From positions 1 through 64,000 of the forward strand of contig JBEGVZ010000026.1 of the NCBI GenBank assembly GCA_041178085.1: a stretch of 64,000 nucleotides of DNA. The letters run 5' to 3'. Every line of letters starts with the position of its first letter. Position 1 is the stretch's first letter. The position numbers were made by a program, and so were the translations under genes. Under the pieces are notes generated by a model. That model did not search any database and was not told the DNA's origin. It saw only the letters and a list, made by a program, of their open reading frames with translations. The DNA is from Pseudomonadota bacterium. GTDB taxonomy: Bacteria > Bdellovibrionota_B > Oligoflexia > Oligoflexales > RGVZ01. Below are positions 9,925-18,847 of the stretch, one piece after another.

Positions 9925-10524
9925 CTTCTTCTCTGCTTGTGGCTGAAGTTCCATCTCGATCTCGATCTTGACCTTCTCGCCGACCACGACGCCACCGGTC
10001 TCCAGAGCCTTGTTCCAGGTGAGGCCGAAGTCCTTGCGGTTGATCTCGGTCGATGCGCTGAGGCCACGCTTCATGTTGCCCCAGGGATCCTTGAATGCAG
10101 CGGTAGGACCTTCAACGTTTAGGGTCACGTCCTTGGTGACATCACGGATGGTGAGTGCGCCCGTAACCTTGAGCTTGTCTTTTCCGGCCTTGGCGACTTT
10201 CTTCGAGACAAACTTGATCTTCGGGTATTTCGCCGTGTCAAAAAAGTCAGGGGCACGCAGGTGCTCGTCACGCTTGGCATTGTTGGTGTTGATCGTCGCG
10301 ACATCGAGCGTTGCCTCAACGGTGGATTTGGTGATGTCCTTGTCGTCAATGTTTACGGTGGCATCAACTCCGGTGATGTCGCCGTTCACATTGGCTACCA
10401 TCATGTGCTTGATCTTGAAGTGGGCTGCAGAGTGCGCACTGTCAGCCGTCCAGGTTGCAGCCAGGGCCGGTGTTGCAGCAGCAAAGGAAAGGGCGATTAA
10501 CGAAGTTTTCAACTGGTTCATCAT
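9913..10524 (-). CDS. YceI family secreted lipid/polyisoprenoid-binding protein
   Basis: Signal peptide (ALA-AT), WTADSAHS, RDEHLRAPDFFD, DPWG, INRKDFGL. Confidence 0.92.
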   Translation of the reverse strand: MMNQLKTSLIALSFAAATPALAATWTADSAHSAAHFKIKHMMVANVNGDITGVDATVNIDDKDITKSTVEATLDVATINTNNAKRDEHLRAPDFFDTAKYPKIKFVSKKVAKAGKDKLKVTGALTIRDVTKDVTLNVEGPTAAFKDPWGNMKRGLSASTEINRKDFGLTWNKALETGGVVVGEKVKIEIEMELQPQAEKKPAH

Positions 10525-10581
10525 GAGCAGTCCTCCAATGGGTTTGAGTAGGGGGATTCTAGTCCAAGGGGGCGGTCCGTG

Positions 10582-11823
10582 CTAGGCGCGGACCAAAACT
10601 TTTTTTCCTGACCATTCCGCAACAAAGCTGGCTGGTCCCTGATCCATCATGGTGGCCAGGTGTCCCAGCAGATCTTCATTGACCTTGCGCTTGCGGGAAA
10701 ACCACATGAGGGCGTTGGCTGGTCCTGAGTGGATGAATTCACGCCACTCTGGCTCTCGCGCGTTGCGGCGGGCGCGGAACTCGACCATGTGTGTGCAATC
10801 GGTGAAAGCACGCGACATCTCGTCGTTCCGGGGGTTTTCAATGACCCGTACCCGTTCGCTCAACTTGACCGGGCCCTCCGGCAGCTTCCAGAGGCTGCGG
10901 TGAAGTTTGACAAAACTTTGCCAGATGTCGCGCGGTGGCGCCGTGTCACCCGTTTCAAAGTAGTCCTCGTCAATCTCAGACCGGTATTTGCGCGGGACCA
11001 CCTTGACCGCTGCACGGTCGAATTTATGGGGTTCAAGAATCTCAATCGTGTTGGCGATTTTCCAAAGATCGTCACGGTGTTTCCTGACCAGGTCCGCGCA
11101 GCCTTCCAGAAGTTCAAGTTCCTGCCCGTAGTGCTTGCCCCAGATGACCTTCAATGCCTGCTTGGTCCAGGCTCCGGTTTCGGGGTCGGACGCGCGCTCT
11201 GCTTTGGATGCCAGGCCGTTCATCCTGGTCATCATGGCCTTGACGTCAAAGCCTTGCCGGGTCAGCGCCCACTGACCGATGGCCATTTCGACTTGCTGGG
11301 CGAGTGTCTGAATGCTGCCCCAGAAGCGCTCTCCTTTGTCTCCGTTGTCGTGGTGACAAAAGAAAGTTGAGCAGACTGAGTTACGGAAAGCGTAAAGGTT
11401 GCACATCCCTGATTTTTTTTCCAGGAACGGACACAGCACCTTCTCGCTCTTTCCAAAGCGTTCGTTGGCCGTGTCGGACAGGTAAAACGCCCACTGGGAC
11501 GGCGATGAAACCATGCCCTCCGGCAGGATGTAGCCATCATCGACCAGCCGGCGCACGATTGTCGAGGAAGCTGGGTGGTTGAGCGCAAGTCCCAGGAGAA
11601 AGTTGGGAACGCGGGGATGATAGGTGCAGCAGCGGTAGTCCGGGCGCCAGCCTTCGAAGCGGGCTCGCGGGCAATTCAGGCACGTCGCCCGTCGTTCCTG
11701 GGGGTAGGTCATGTCCGCGATCGCTGGCGGAAGCATGTACCGCCACACGCCCGGAACCCAGTGTTCGCCGAGCTTGAATGCCTGTTCGATCGGGTCGGTC
11801 GGGATGCCTGGTTTTTTCGACAT
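10582..11823 (-). CDS. Cysteine-cluster protein (YkgJ/CxxCxxCC-like Zn or Fe-S binding) with C-terminal extension
   Basis: CLNC...CCTYHP...CPFL....MCNLYAFRNSVCSTFFC cysteine pattern. Confidence 0.65.
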   Translation of the reverse strand: MSKKPGIPTDPIEQAFKLGEHWVPGVWRYMLPPAIADMTYPQERRATCLNCPRARFEGWRPDYRCCTYHPRVPNFLLGLALNHPASSTIVRRLVDDGYILPEGMVSSPSQWAFYLSDTANERFGKSEKVLCPFLEKKSGMCNLYAFRNSVCSTFFCHHDNGDKGERFWGSIQTLAQQVEMAIGQWALTRQGFDVKAMMTRMNGLASKAERASDPETGAWTKQALKVIWGKHYGQELELLEGCADLVRKHRDDLWKIANTIEILEPHKFDRAAVKVVPRKYRSEIDEDYFETGDTAPPRDIWQSFVKLHRSLWKLPEGPVKLSERVRVIENPRNDEMSRAFTDCTHMVEFRARRNAREPEWREFIHSGPANALMWFSRKRKVNEDLLGHLATMMDQGPASFVAEWSGKKVLVRA

Positions 11824-11998
11824 TTGGTATATACTTGTAATTATTGGTTAATTCCCCGACCAATTCAGAGTGGGCCGGGTAGATGGTTCAAGACCTCAAT
11901 CTTGCTGGAAAATTCTGGTATTTTGTATAAGAAAGTATCGTGCCTGTCGAACTTGACGGCAGGCTATCCGAGTCAACTGTCGAAAGGAAATCCCGCTT

Positions 11999-12481
11999 TT
12001 GGAAGTCATCAACCGCTCTAACGCCCGTTTGTACCCCCAAGTCCGCCTCGTCGGCGAAGACACCAACGAAATCGTATCAGTCCAGGACGCTCTCCGCAGG
12101 GCGGAAGAGGAGGGGCTCGATCTTTGTCTCGTCAGCGACAAGTCCACGCCACCCGTCGTCCGTTTGCAAGACTTCAAGAAACTTCTTTATGAGCAGAAGA
12201 AAGCCAAGTCCAAGCAGCAGAAGGGCTCCGAGCTCAAGGAAATCCAGCTAAAGATCAACATCAGCGATCACGACCTGCAAACCAAGATCAACTCGATCAA
12301 TAAATTCATCGAGCGTGGAGACAAGGTGAAGATCGTGGTCCGTCTGCGTGGACGTGAGCGGGAATCGCCCCAGCGCGCCAAGGAACTCCTGGCCCGTGTG
12401 ACCAGCGTTATCAGCAAGTGCAAGGTCTCAACCATACCGGGGCCTATTGCCATCGCACTTCTGGAACCCACGAAAGCCTGA
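11999..12481 (+). CDS. infC: Translation initiation factor IF-3
   Basis: VRLVG, ALRRAEEEGLDL, PPVVRLQDF, KEIQLKINISDHDLQTK, GDKVKI..RLRGRE. Non-ATG start (TTG, AAGGA upstream). Confidence 0.92.
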   Translation: MEVINRSNARLYPQVRLVGEDTNEIVSVQDALRRAEEEGLDLCLVSDKSTPPVVRLQDFKKLLYEQKKAKSKQQKGSELKEIQLKINISDHDLQTKINSINKFIERGDKVKIVVRLRGRERESPQRAKELLARVTSVISKCKVSTIPGPIAIALLEPTKA

Positions 12482-12512
12482 AGGTTTTCCTCCCTGTCTT
12501 TTCTAGAATGCC

Positions 12513-12542
12513 AAGAACCCCGGCCTGTCCGGGGTTCTTCTT
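12513..12542 (+). terminator. Intrinsic terminator after infC
   Basis: AAGAACCCCGG-cctgt-CCGGGGTTCTT 11-bp hairpin with a T-rich tail. Confidence 0.7.
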
Positions 12543-12684
12543 GTCCGGCGCGATCCTTGACCGGTCCCAAAAAATCGTTTCTAATTGAATACAGCTTCTC
12601 CCATAAAGTTGAAAAAACAGGCTTTTAGCGCAGCATGAGGCAGCGTGGCGGGCTATCGAAGTGTCGACACGGAGGTTTGACGCT

Positions 12685-13587
12685 ATGAAGAAGACGGAAG
12701 AGAACCGTTATCCGCATTCGGCGACCTTGTTCCGTTTCTGCAAGGAAGCACTGGAGATCCGCTACGAAGGCAACGTCAAGGTTATCGACCAGGACGTGGG
12801 TGCCATTCTTGGCTACGATCCTGCGGACTGCAGCCATTGGAAGAAAGGCAAAAAGAACATCCGTGCTCTTTCGACCCTTCGCGGTCTTGCCGACCACCTC
12901 AATGTCGACGAACGCCTGATCATTGACATTGCTTCCGGAGCTGTCGGTCTTGATGAGGCAGTATTCGAGTACCGTGGCTACGGTGCTTTCTCGATCTCTG
13001 GCCGCCACCTGGAAAATCTCAAGAAGGAATACTTCAAGAATCCAGGGCGCTGGCAAGGCGATGGCGCCCAGGCCTCCTTCGAAACCCTGTTTGACGTCAA
13101 TCGTCCAGCAATCCTCGCCATGGTTAGCGCCATCATTGAGCAGGGTCGCTTCACTGAAGCCCCGATTTATATCCCGGAAGTGCTGCAGATGTTCCCGGCG
13201 GTATCCCTGGTGGCCGAGTCGAGCTTGGACAAGCCTTTTATCGCTGAGTACACCGGCGAGGGTGTGGATCTTCGTTTGACCATCCGTCACCGGGCAAGTG
13301 ACAGCCGCTCATTCATCCGCTTCCTGAGTGCCAAGGAGCTGTTCAACTGGATCGTTCGTTCCGGACATCCGTTTGGCCAGGCGTTCCGCTCGTCGCCAGC
13401 TGAAGTCCTGGACGTCCAAAGTAATGCGTTCGCCGGCCTCCTTCTCGTCCCCGGTGAATTCATGCCGCGCGAAGTCGAACGGATCGACAGCTCGCTGGAT
13501 ATCGTTCAGCAACTGGCATCCACTTTCTGGGTTTCGAAGGCACTGATGAACCAGCGCTTGCGTGACTACATGGAAAATTTGACTTGA
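12685..13587 (+). CDS. HTH (XRE-like) + ImmA/IrrE-like domain protein, catalytic motif degenerate
   Basis: N-terminal DQDVGAILGYDPADCSHWKKGK HTH-like segment. C-terminal RFLSAKELF...QSNAFAGLLLVP...QQLASTFWVS. GGAGG RBS before ATG 12685. Confidence 0.65.
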   Translation: MKKTEENRYPHSATLFRFCKEALEIRYEGNVKVIDQDVGAILGYDPADCSHWKKGKKNIRALSTLRGLADHLNVDERLIIDIASGAVGLDEAVFEYRGYGAFSISGRHLENLKKEYFKNPGRWQGDGAQASFETLFDVNRPAILAMVSAIIEQGRFTEAPIYIPEVLQMFPAVSLVAESSLDKPFIAEYTGEGVDLRLTIRHRASDSRSFIRFLSAKELFNWIVRSGHPFGQAFRSSPAEVLDVQSNAFAGLLLVPGEFMPREVERIDSSLDIVQQLASTFWVSKALMNQRLRDYMENLT

Positions 13588-13636
13588 GTCAAAATTAAGC
13601 CGGGCATGGCTGGGATATCCTGGCCTTGCACTGCAT

Positions 13637-13668
13637 AAACCCCGCTTGCTCCGGCAGGCGGGGTTTTT
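13637..13668 (+). terminator. Intrinsic terminator
   Basis: AAACCCCGCTTGC-tccg-GCAGGCGGGGTTTTT. Confidence 0.8.
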
Positions 13669-13674
13669 CGTTAT

Positions 13675-13701
13675 TCAAGCCAGGCTTTTTGGTGCCGATA
13701 G
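13675..13701 (+). promoter_or_regulatory. Sigma28 (FliA)-like promoter
   Basis: TCAAG-N15-CCGATAG (GCCGATAG), about 50 bp upstream of the ORF at 13750. Confidence 0.55.
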
Positions 13702-13749
13702 TCCAGGCTGAGCAGGTGGAAAGCCAAGCCTAGATGGAGCAATGAACTT

Positions 13750-14946
13750 ATGTCAGCGCCATTCAAACTCAAGAACGGGTCGGTTGCTGTTTTGGCCGAG
13801 GTTCCGGGCGGATTGTACAATTCCGCGCACCTCAAAAAGATCGCTGCAATCGCAGACCAGCACTCGCTGATCATGAAGGCAACCGAAGACCAGCGGATCG
13901 CCATGTTCGTGACCCCTGAACAGGCGGAATCAATCACCCGCGACCTGGCTGCCGGCGGACTGACCGTGCGTGATTACCAGGCGGGTGTGCATCAACCGGT
14001 GGCTTGCATCGGGGCTCTGTGTCCGGAGAGCAAGCAGGATGCGCTCAAGGCTTCGATGGAGATCACGGAGGCCCTGGCCGGTGTGTCCTCTGATTGTGCG
14101 CTCAAAATTGGTATCAACGGTTGTGCAAACTGTTGTGTTCCCTGCCATACGCTGGACATTGCCGTGGTAGGGACCGAGGAAGGCTACCGGATGACGCTGG
14201 GTGGCAAACAAGCCCTTGTGCCAGAGCTTGGCACCTTTGCCGGAGAAGGCATCCCCGCAGCGGAGGTTGTCGGCAAGGTCAAGGATGTCGTTGATGTTTA
14301 CCGCGAACTTGCCCAGCCGGGTGAATCGCTGGCGGCTGTGATCGAAAGGGCTGGCATGACCGCGTTCGTCAAGGCGCTGGCTCCGTATAGTGGCGACGCT
14401 GGTGGTGTCGCGGAGGATCTGGTCGCCGATGCGCCTGCAGCTCCTCAAACCACAGATTCAGGTGAAGCCAGTGAAGCGGTGGTAGCAGCAAATCCAGGCG
14501 ATGAGGTTGTGGATCCCAATACTGTGGCAGTCGATGAGGAAATGACTGAGCGCGCCCTCGAGCAATCCATCGCAGACGAGGCAAATATTCCGGTCGTGAT
14601 CGATGAGAATGCGGAAGAGCGGGATGCCTTGTTGGCTTCCATGCCCGATAATGTGGTGGAGATGCCTGAGTCCCGGGAACCCTTGGAGCAAGCCACGGAA
14701 CCTTCGACTTCTGCCTTGAATGCATCCTCGATGAACATCGAGGGGATGGAGATCGGCAAGGATGGCAAGTTTACCGTGACATTCTCCAACGGCGCATCAA
14801 TCGCTGTGGATCCGGGCGTGATCCCGTTTGCTGGATCTCGCACGGTCAGGTTCGCTGGCAAGGAACTGTTGATCCGCGCGGACGTGAAAGGATTCAACAT
14901 CGAGGTGGATGGACTTGCCTTCCATCTGCCGCTTGAGGCTGCTTGA
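13750..14946 (+). CDS. Nitrite/sulfite reductase 4Fe-4S-like domain protein with acidic C-terminal extension
   Basis: EVPGG..., TEDQRI, ACIGALC and KIGINGCANCC, LDIAVVG, YRMTLGGK, GESLAAVIERAG. Followed by an Asp/Glu-rich region. Confidence 0.7.
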   Translation: MSAPFKLKNGSVAVLAEVPGGLYNSAHLKKIAAIADQHSLIMKATEDQRIAMFVTPEQAESITRDLAAGGLTVRDYQAGVHQPVACIGALCPESKQDALKASMEITEALAGVSSDCALKIGINGCANCCVPCHTLDIAVVGTEEGYRMTLGGKQALVPELGTFAGEGIPAAEVVGKVKDVVDVYRELAQPGESLAAVIERAGMTAFVKALAPYSGDAGGVAEDLVADAPAAPQTTDSGEASEAVVAANPGDEVVDPNTVAVDEEMTERALEQSIADEANIPVVIDENAEERDALLASMPDNVVEMPESREPLEQATEPSTSALNASSMNIEGMEIGKDGKFTVTFSNGASIAVDPGVIPFAGSRTVRFAGKELLIRADVKGFNIEVDGLAFHLPLEAA

Positions 14947-14967
14947 GGCTACGACCTTTTTGCGGCC

Positions 14968-15909
14968 TCAAGGCTCCGTCGGCTTCCGGACGATCGTTCC
15001 GGCGCTGGTAACAGACAACATCAATTTGTTTGTGTCCGCAAAGAACCGGGCCAGGTTGGGGTACCGGTTGCGCATCTGCCATGCCCAGAACAACTGGCGC
15101 CGCGGATGGCGGTGACTGGACAGTATCTGCAGCACAGCCTGCTCTTCCTCGTTCAAATCGAGCTCGTTCTTGCGATTGAAGAAGTCTGTTGCCGCATCAC
15201 GAACCTGCTGGTCAAGTTCCTGGTGCTTTTGCCGTGCCTCCAGCAGGTCAACCTTCTGGGTTTCCTCCTCGAACAGGAGCTGAAAGTGTTGCCAGGAACT
15301 GGCAAGCAGGGAAAGCGTCGGGATGCGCTGGCCGAAATGACGTAGCATGAGGAGAACCTGGTCTACCGGATGGGTCTCGCATAACGTCCTGGCTGCTTGC
15401 TCGGAGGCGGAGATTTCCTTGTCGTCCATGCTCCTGTTGCGCACGAAGGATTCCATGACCCGTTCCCAGGTGTGGGTTTCTGCGCTGCGGTGGTTCTTTT
15501 CCTTGTCGCGGCGGTGGCCGTCGAGGACGTGCAGGTTTGTGGACTCCTGACGGCGGAAGGGAAAGACCAGGGCATCGTGGGAGGAGCGGGCGCTGCCTTC
15601 CTCGTGATGCCATTTGTGTGTGTCAAACTGCATGGCCATCCGGATGGACTGGATTTTGGGCGCCTGGGTCAAGTCACCATAACCAACCCGGATGATGTTC
15701 CTGGTGGCAAGCGCGCTGATTGCGTTACGGATCTCCACCGGTTCCCAGTGAAGCATCAGCGCAAGTTCATTCTCGGTGGTGATGATCTGGTCGAGCCCGG
15801 ACACGGCGCAATTCAGCAGATACAGGACGATGCTGTACTCGCAAGGGGTCAACTTTGCGAGTGCCAAAAGCTTGAAACCGGATTCCCTGTAAAAACTTTG
15901 GACGCTCAT
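14968..15909 (-). CDS. Hypothetical protein with N-terminal winged-helix-like domain
   Basis: 313-aa ORF with GGAG RBS. LTPCEYSIVLYLL...TENELALMLHWEPVEIRNAISALATRNII resembles a wHTH. Confidence 0.6.
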   Translation of the reverse strand: MSVQSFYRESGFKLLALAKLTPCEYSIVLYLLNCAVSGLDQIITTENELALMLHWEPVEIRNAISALATRNIIRVGYGDLTQAPKIQSIRMAMQFDTHKWHHEEGSARSSHDALVFPFRRQESTNLHVLDGHRRDKEKNHRSAETHTWERVMESFVRNRSMDDKEISASEQAARTLCETHPVDQVLLMLRHFGQRIPTLSLLASSWQHFQLLFEEETQKVDLLEARQKHQELDQQVRDAATDFFNRKNELDLNEEEQAVLQILSSHRHPRRQLFWAWQMRNRYPNLARFFADTNKLMLSVTSAGTIVRKPTEP

Positions 15910-15956
15910 GACTTGTTCTCCACCTTGTCCGGAGCATCCATCTTACCCGACTCGGC

Positions 15957-17984
15957 CTATTCGCTCCAGCGTGCGACCGTCTGACCGGCGGTAACCTGGT
16001 CGCCGATGGCGACCTCGATGCTTTCTATTCGGCCGGCCCTTTGCGACTTGACCTCGAATTCCATTTTCATGGACTCGATCACGAGCACCGGAGCCCCTTC
16101 TTCGACACTGGAACCCGCGATGACCTTGATTGCAACAATCTTGCCGGGCACCGGGGCGGAAACGTGCCGGTTGTTTGTCTGGCCCCCCTGGCCGCTGGCG
16201 CCCAGGCCCGCGAGCGCTGAAAGGCCTGGTTTCTCGATGCTACGCTGAAAGTCATGGCCACAGAGATTGACATGGATCGTGCGATTTCCGCCTGTTTTCT
16301 GGACGGCGAAATGAAATGGCACGCTACGACCCTTTACTTTGACCGATCCGAGTCCCATGCGCGTTACTGTGGTGGCGTCGCGCGCAGTTACTTTTTCGTG
16401 GTGAAGCCTGGCCGGCCCGGACAAGTCTCCCTGTGGCGCCGTGGTTGCGATCGCACGCGCGCCACCGAAGGCCAGACGGGTCAGTGATTCGGTGGTTGCG
16501 CCTGTGGGTGCCGGGGAGGCCGTTCCAGTGGAGTAGGCGACCGCGTCCAAGGCCGCTGTTGCACCCGCTTCAACTTCAGCCCGCGCCAAGGCTTCCCATG
16601 ACTTGAATGCCGGCATCTGGTCGGCGATGAAATGGGTGCTGACCGCGTGGTCCTTGAAACGGCTTGTGCCGGACAACCAGGTCAACAGGGCAATGTTGTT
16701 CGCCTGATTTGCAAGGAACATCTGTCCAAGCGCCTGATTGAGCCGGGCCAGGGCAGCTGGACGGGATTCCCCGGTTGCGACCAGCTTTGCCACCATGGGG
16801 TCGAACCTTGAAGTCACTTCATCCACCATGTCGAGGCCGGTTTCCCAGCGGATGCCCGGGCTGCAGGGGGTGATAAATGCCGATACCGGCCCGGGGGCCG
16901 GGAAGAAATTGTTATGAACATCCTCGGCATAGATCCTGGCTTCGACGGAATGGCCGCGGGGTTTCAGCGAACCGAACGCAGCTGGCATTTTTGCGCCGCA
17001 GGCGATGAGAAGTTGCCATTCGACCAGGTCAAGACCGAAGACCTCCTCCGTGACGGGATGCTCAACCTGCAGCCTCGTGTTCATTTCCAGGAAAAAGAAA
17101 GGCTGACTTGCAGAGGCAGGCGCGTTGCCGTCGACCAGGAACTCAACCGTTCCGGCCGAATCGTAGCCAACAGATTTCGCAAGCCCGATGGCCGCATCAT
17201 GCATTGCCTTGCGAGTGGTATCGTGAAGCTCAGGCGCTGGCGCCTCTTCAATGATTTTCTGGTGACGCCTTTGGAGTGAGCAGTCACGATCACCGATGGC
17301 GACTGCCTGACCGTGCTTGTCGGCAAGGATCTGCACTTCGACGTGGCGCGGGCTTTCAAGGTAGCGTTCGACGACGAGCAGCCCGTTGCCGAAGGAACTG
17401 CGTGCTTCCGACGCGGCACGCGCAGCCTGTTCGAGCAAGGACTCCACGTCGCGAACGATGCGCATGCCCTTGCCGCCGCCGCCGTAAGCAGCTTTGATTA
17501 AAAGCGGGAAGCCAGTTGCTAAAGCAAATTTTTTCAGTGCATCGCGTCCCTTGGCCGGGTCATTCTCGATGTCAATTCCATCCAGCCCCTCAATGCACGG
17601 GACTTTTGCCTTGATTGCCAGCGACCTGGCAGCCGCCTTGCTGGCCATGGCTTCGATAGCGTCCGGATTCGGACCAACCCAGGTCAGCCCGGCTTTGTTC
17701 ACATCTGCAGCGAAGGCTGCGTTTTCCGAAAGGAAACCGAAGCCAGGGTGCACCGCATCGCAGCCATTGGCTTTTGCGATGCGGATCATTTCTGCGGCAT
17801 TCAAATACAGGGCTGTGGTTTCTTCTTCGACGTGGTGAAAAAGGGTGATCACGTCAGCCAAGTATGCTGGCGGAGTTGTGCGGTCCGTGACGGCGACGGT
17901 CTCAATGCCAAGGCGCTGCGCGGTCAAGGCGATCCTGCGTGCGATTTCTCCGCGATTGGCGATAAAGAGTCGTTTGATCTTCAC
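15957..17984 (-). CDS. Acyl-CoA carboxylase alpha subunit (biotin carboxylase + biotin carrier; methylcrotonyl/geranyl-CoA carboxylase-like)
   Basis: IANRGEIA, HPGFGFLSEN, GGGGKGMR, RDCSLQRRHQK, EMNTRLQVEHPVTE, ESMKME biotinylation site. Confidence 0.95.
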   Translation of the reverse strand: MKIKRLFIANRGEIARRIALTAQRLGIETVAVTDRTTPPAYLADVITLFHHVEEETTALYLNAAEMIRIAKANGCDAVHPGFGFLSENAAFAADVNKAGLTWVGPNPDAIEAMASKAAARSLAIKAKVPCIEGLDGIDIENDPAKGRDALKKFALATGFPLLIKAAYGGGGKGMRIVRDVESLLEQAARAASEARSSFGNGLLVVERYLESPRHVEVQILADKHGQAVAIGDRDCSLQRRHQKIIEEAPAPELHDTTRKAMHDAAIGLAKSVGYDSAGTVEFLVDGNAPASASQPFFFLEMNTRLQVEHPVTEEVFGLDLVEWQLLIACGAKMPAAFGSLKPRGHSVEARIYAEDVHNNFFPAPGPVSAFITPCSPGIRWETGLDMVDEVTSRFDPMVAKLVATGESRPAALARLNQALGQMFLANQANNIALLTWLSGTSRFKDHAVSTHFIADQMPAFKSWEALARAEVEAGATAALDAVAYSTGTASPAPTGATTESLTRLAFGGARAIATTAPQGDLSGPARLHHEKVTARDATTVTRMGLGSVKVKGRSVPFHFAVQKTGGNRTIHVNLCGHDFQRSIEKPGLSALAGLGASGQGGQTNNRHVSAPVPGKIVAIKVIAGSSVEEGAPVLVIESMKMEFEVKSQRAGRIESIEVAIGDQVTAGQTVARWSE

Positions 17985-18847
17985 TGCGATTCCTGTGCCA
18001 TGAGTTGGGAAAAGTTGAGCGCCTCACTGGTCTTGGCCGACCACGGCGCTGGTGTCCTGGAAAAGAAAGCGGTCAGGCCCGCCTGCCCCTCTGGACCAGT
18101 GCGCGCCGCTGCAATCGCCTGGGCGGTGTATTCTCCCTGGGCGCCTTTGTTCATCCGGACCTTTTCAATCAGTTCCTTCACGGCTGCCTGGGCAGCTGGA
18201 CCCGCCTGAAGCACCTGATCAATTTCATTCCGGAGCGCCTCATTGACCTCTGAAGGCGCCGTGATGATGTCGACAAGTCCGCATGACTTTGCCTCTTCAG
18301 CAGTGATCACGCGTGAGGTCAACGCCGCGCGTCGCAAGAATCCAGGCGCGATGCGCCGGGTAAGATAAGGCATGATTACGGCCGGGATCAGTCCCAGTCG
18401 TGCTTCGCTAAGGCAGAACTTGCTGGTGTCCTCCGCGATCACAATGTCGCAGCAGGCAATCAGGCCGACGGCACCACCGTAAGCGGCACCTCGCACGACG
18501 CCAATGGTCGGTCGCGGGAAGTTGGCCAGCGCTTCAAATACGGCAGTCAATCGAGAGGCGTCTGCAAGGTTCTCCGCATGCGAAAGCGCGGCGCTTTGCT
18601 GCATCCAGGCGAGGTCTGCTCCGGCACAAAAATGACGTCCACGGCCGGCCAGAATGAGGCAGCGGATTGTCGGGTCTTTCTGGAGTTCTTCGCGGGCTCT
18701 TTTCAATTCCGCTGCCAATGAATCCAGCATGTCCCCGCTCAGGGCGTTGGCTGCAGACGGCCGATCAAGCAGCACTGCAATCGCCTTGCTGCGGCCTTCA
18801 GCGTCAAGGACCAGCCGTGTCGTGAAGATGCTGGAAATTGCACTCAT
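17981..18847 (-). CDS. Enoyl-CoA hydratase/isomerase (methylglutaconyl-CoA hydratase-like)
   Basis: FCAGADLAWM, GAAYGGAVGL, FCLSEARLGLIPAVI. Start at MSAISS (ATGA overlap with the upstream gene). Confidence 0.9.
   Translation of the reverse strand: MSAISSIFTTRLVLDAEGRSKAIAVLLDRPSAANALSGDMLDSLAAELKRAREELQKDPTIRCLILAGRGRHFCAGADLAWMQQSAALSHAENLADASRLTAVFEALANFPRPTIGVVRGAAYGGAVGLIACCDIVIAEDTSKFCLSEARLGLIPAVIMPYLTRRIAPGFLRRAALTSRVITAEEAKSCGLVDIITAPSEVNEALRNEIDQVLQAGPAAQAAVKELIEKVRMNKGAQGEYTAQAIAAARTGPEGQAGLTAFFSRTPAPWSAKTSEALNFSQLMAQESQ

Noticed and set aside
11860..11990. Possible tRNA or structured leader upstream of infC
   Set aside because: Contains GGTTCAA and short stems but no cloverleaf, and the pairings are weak.
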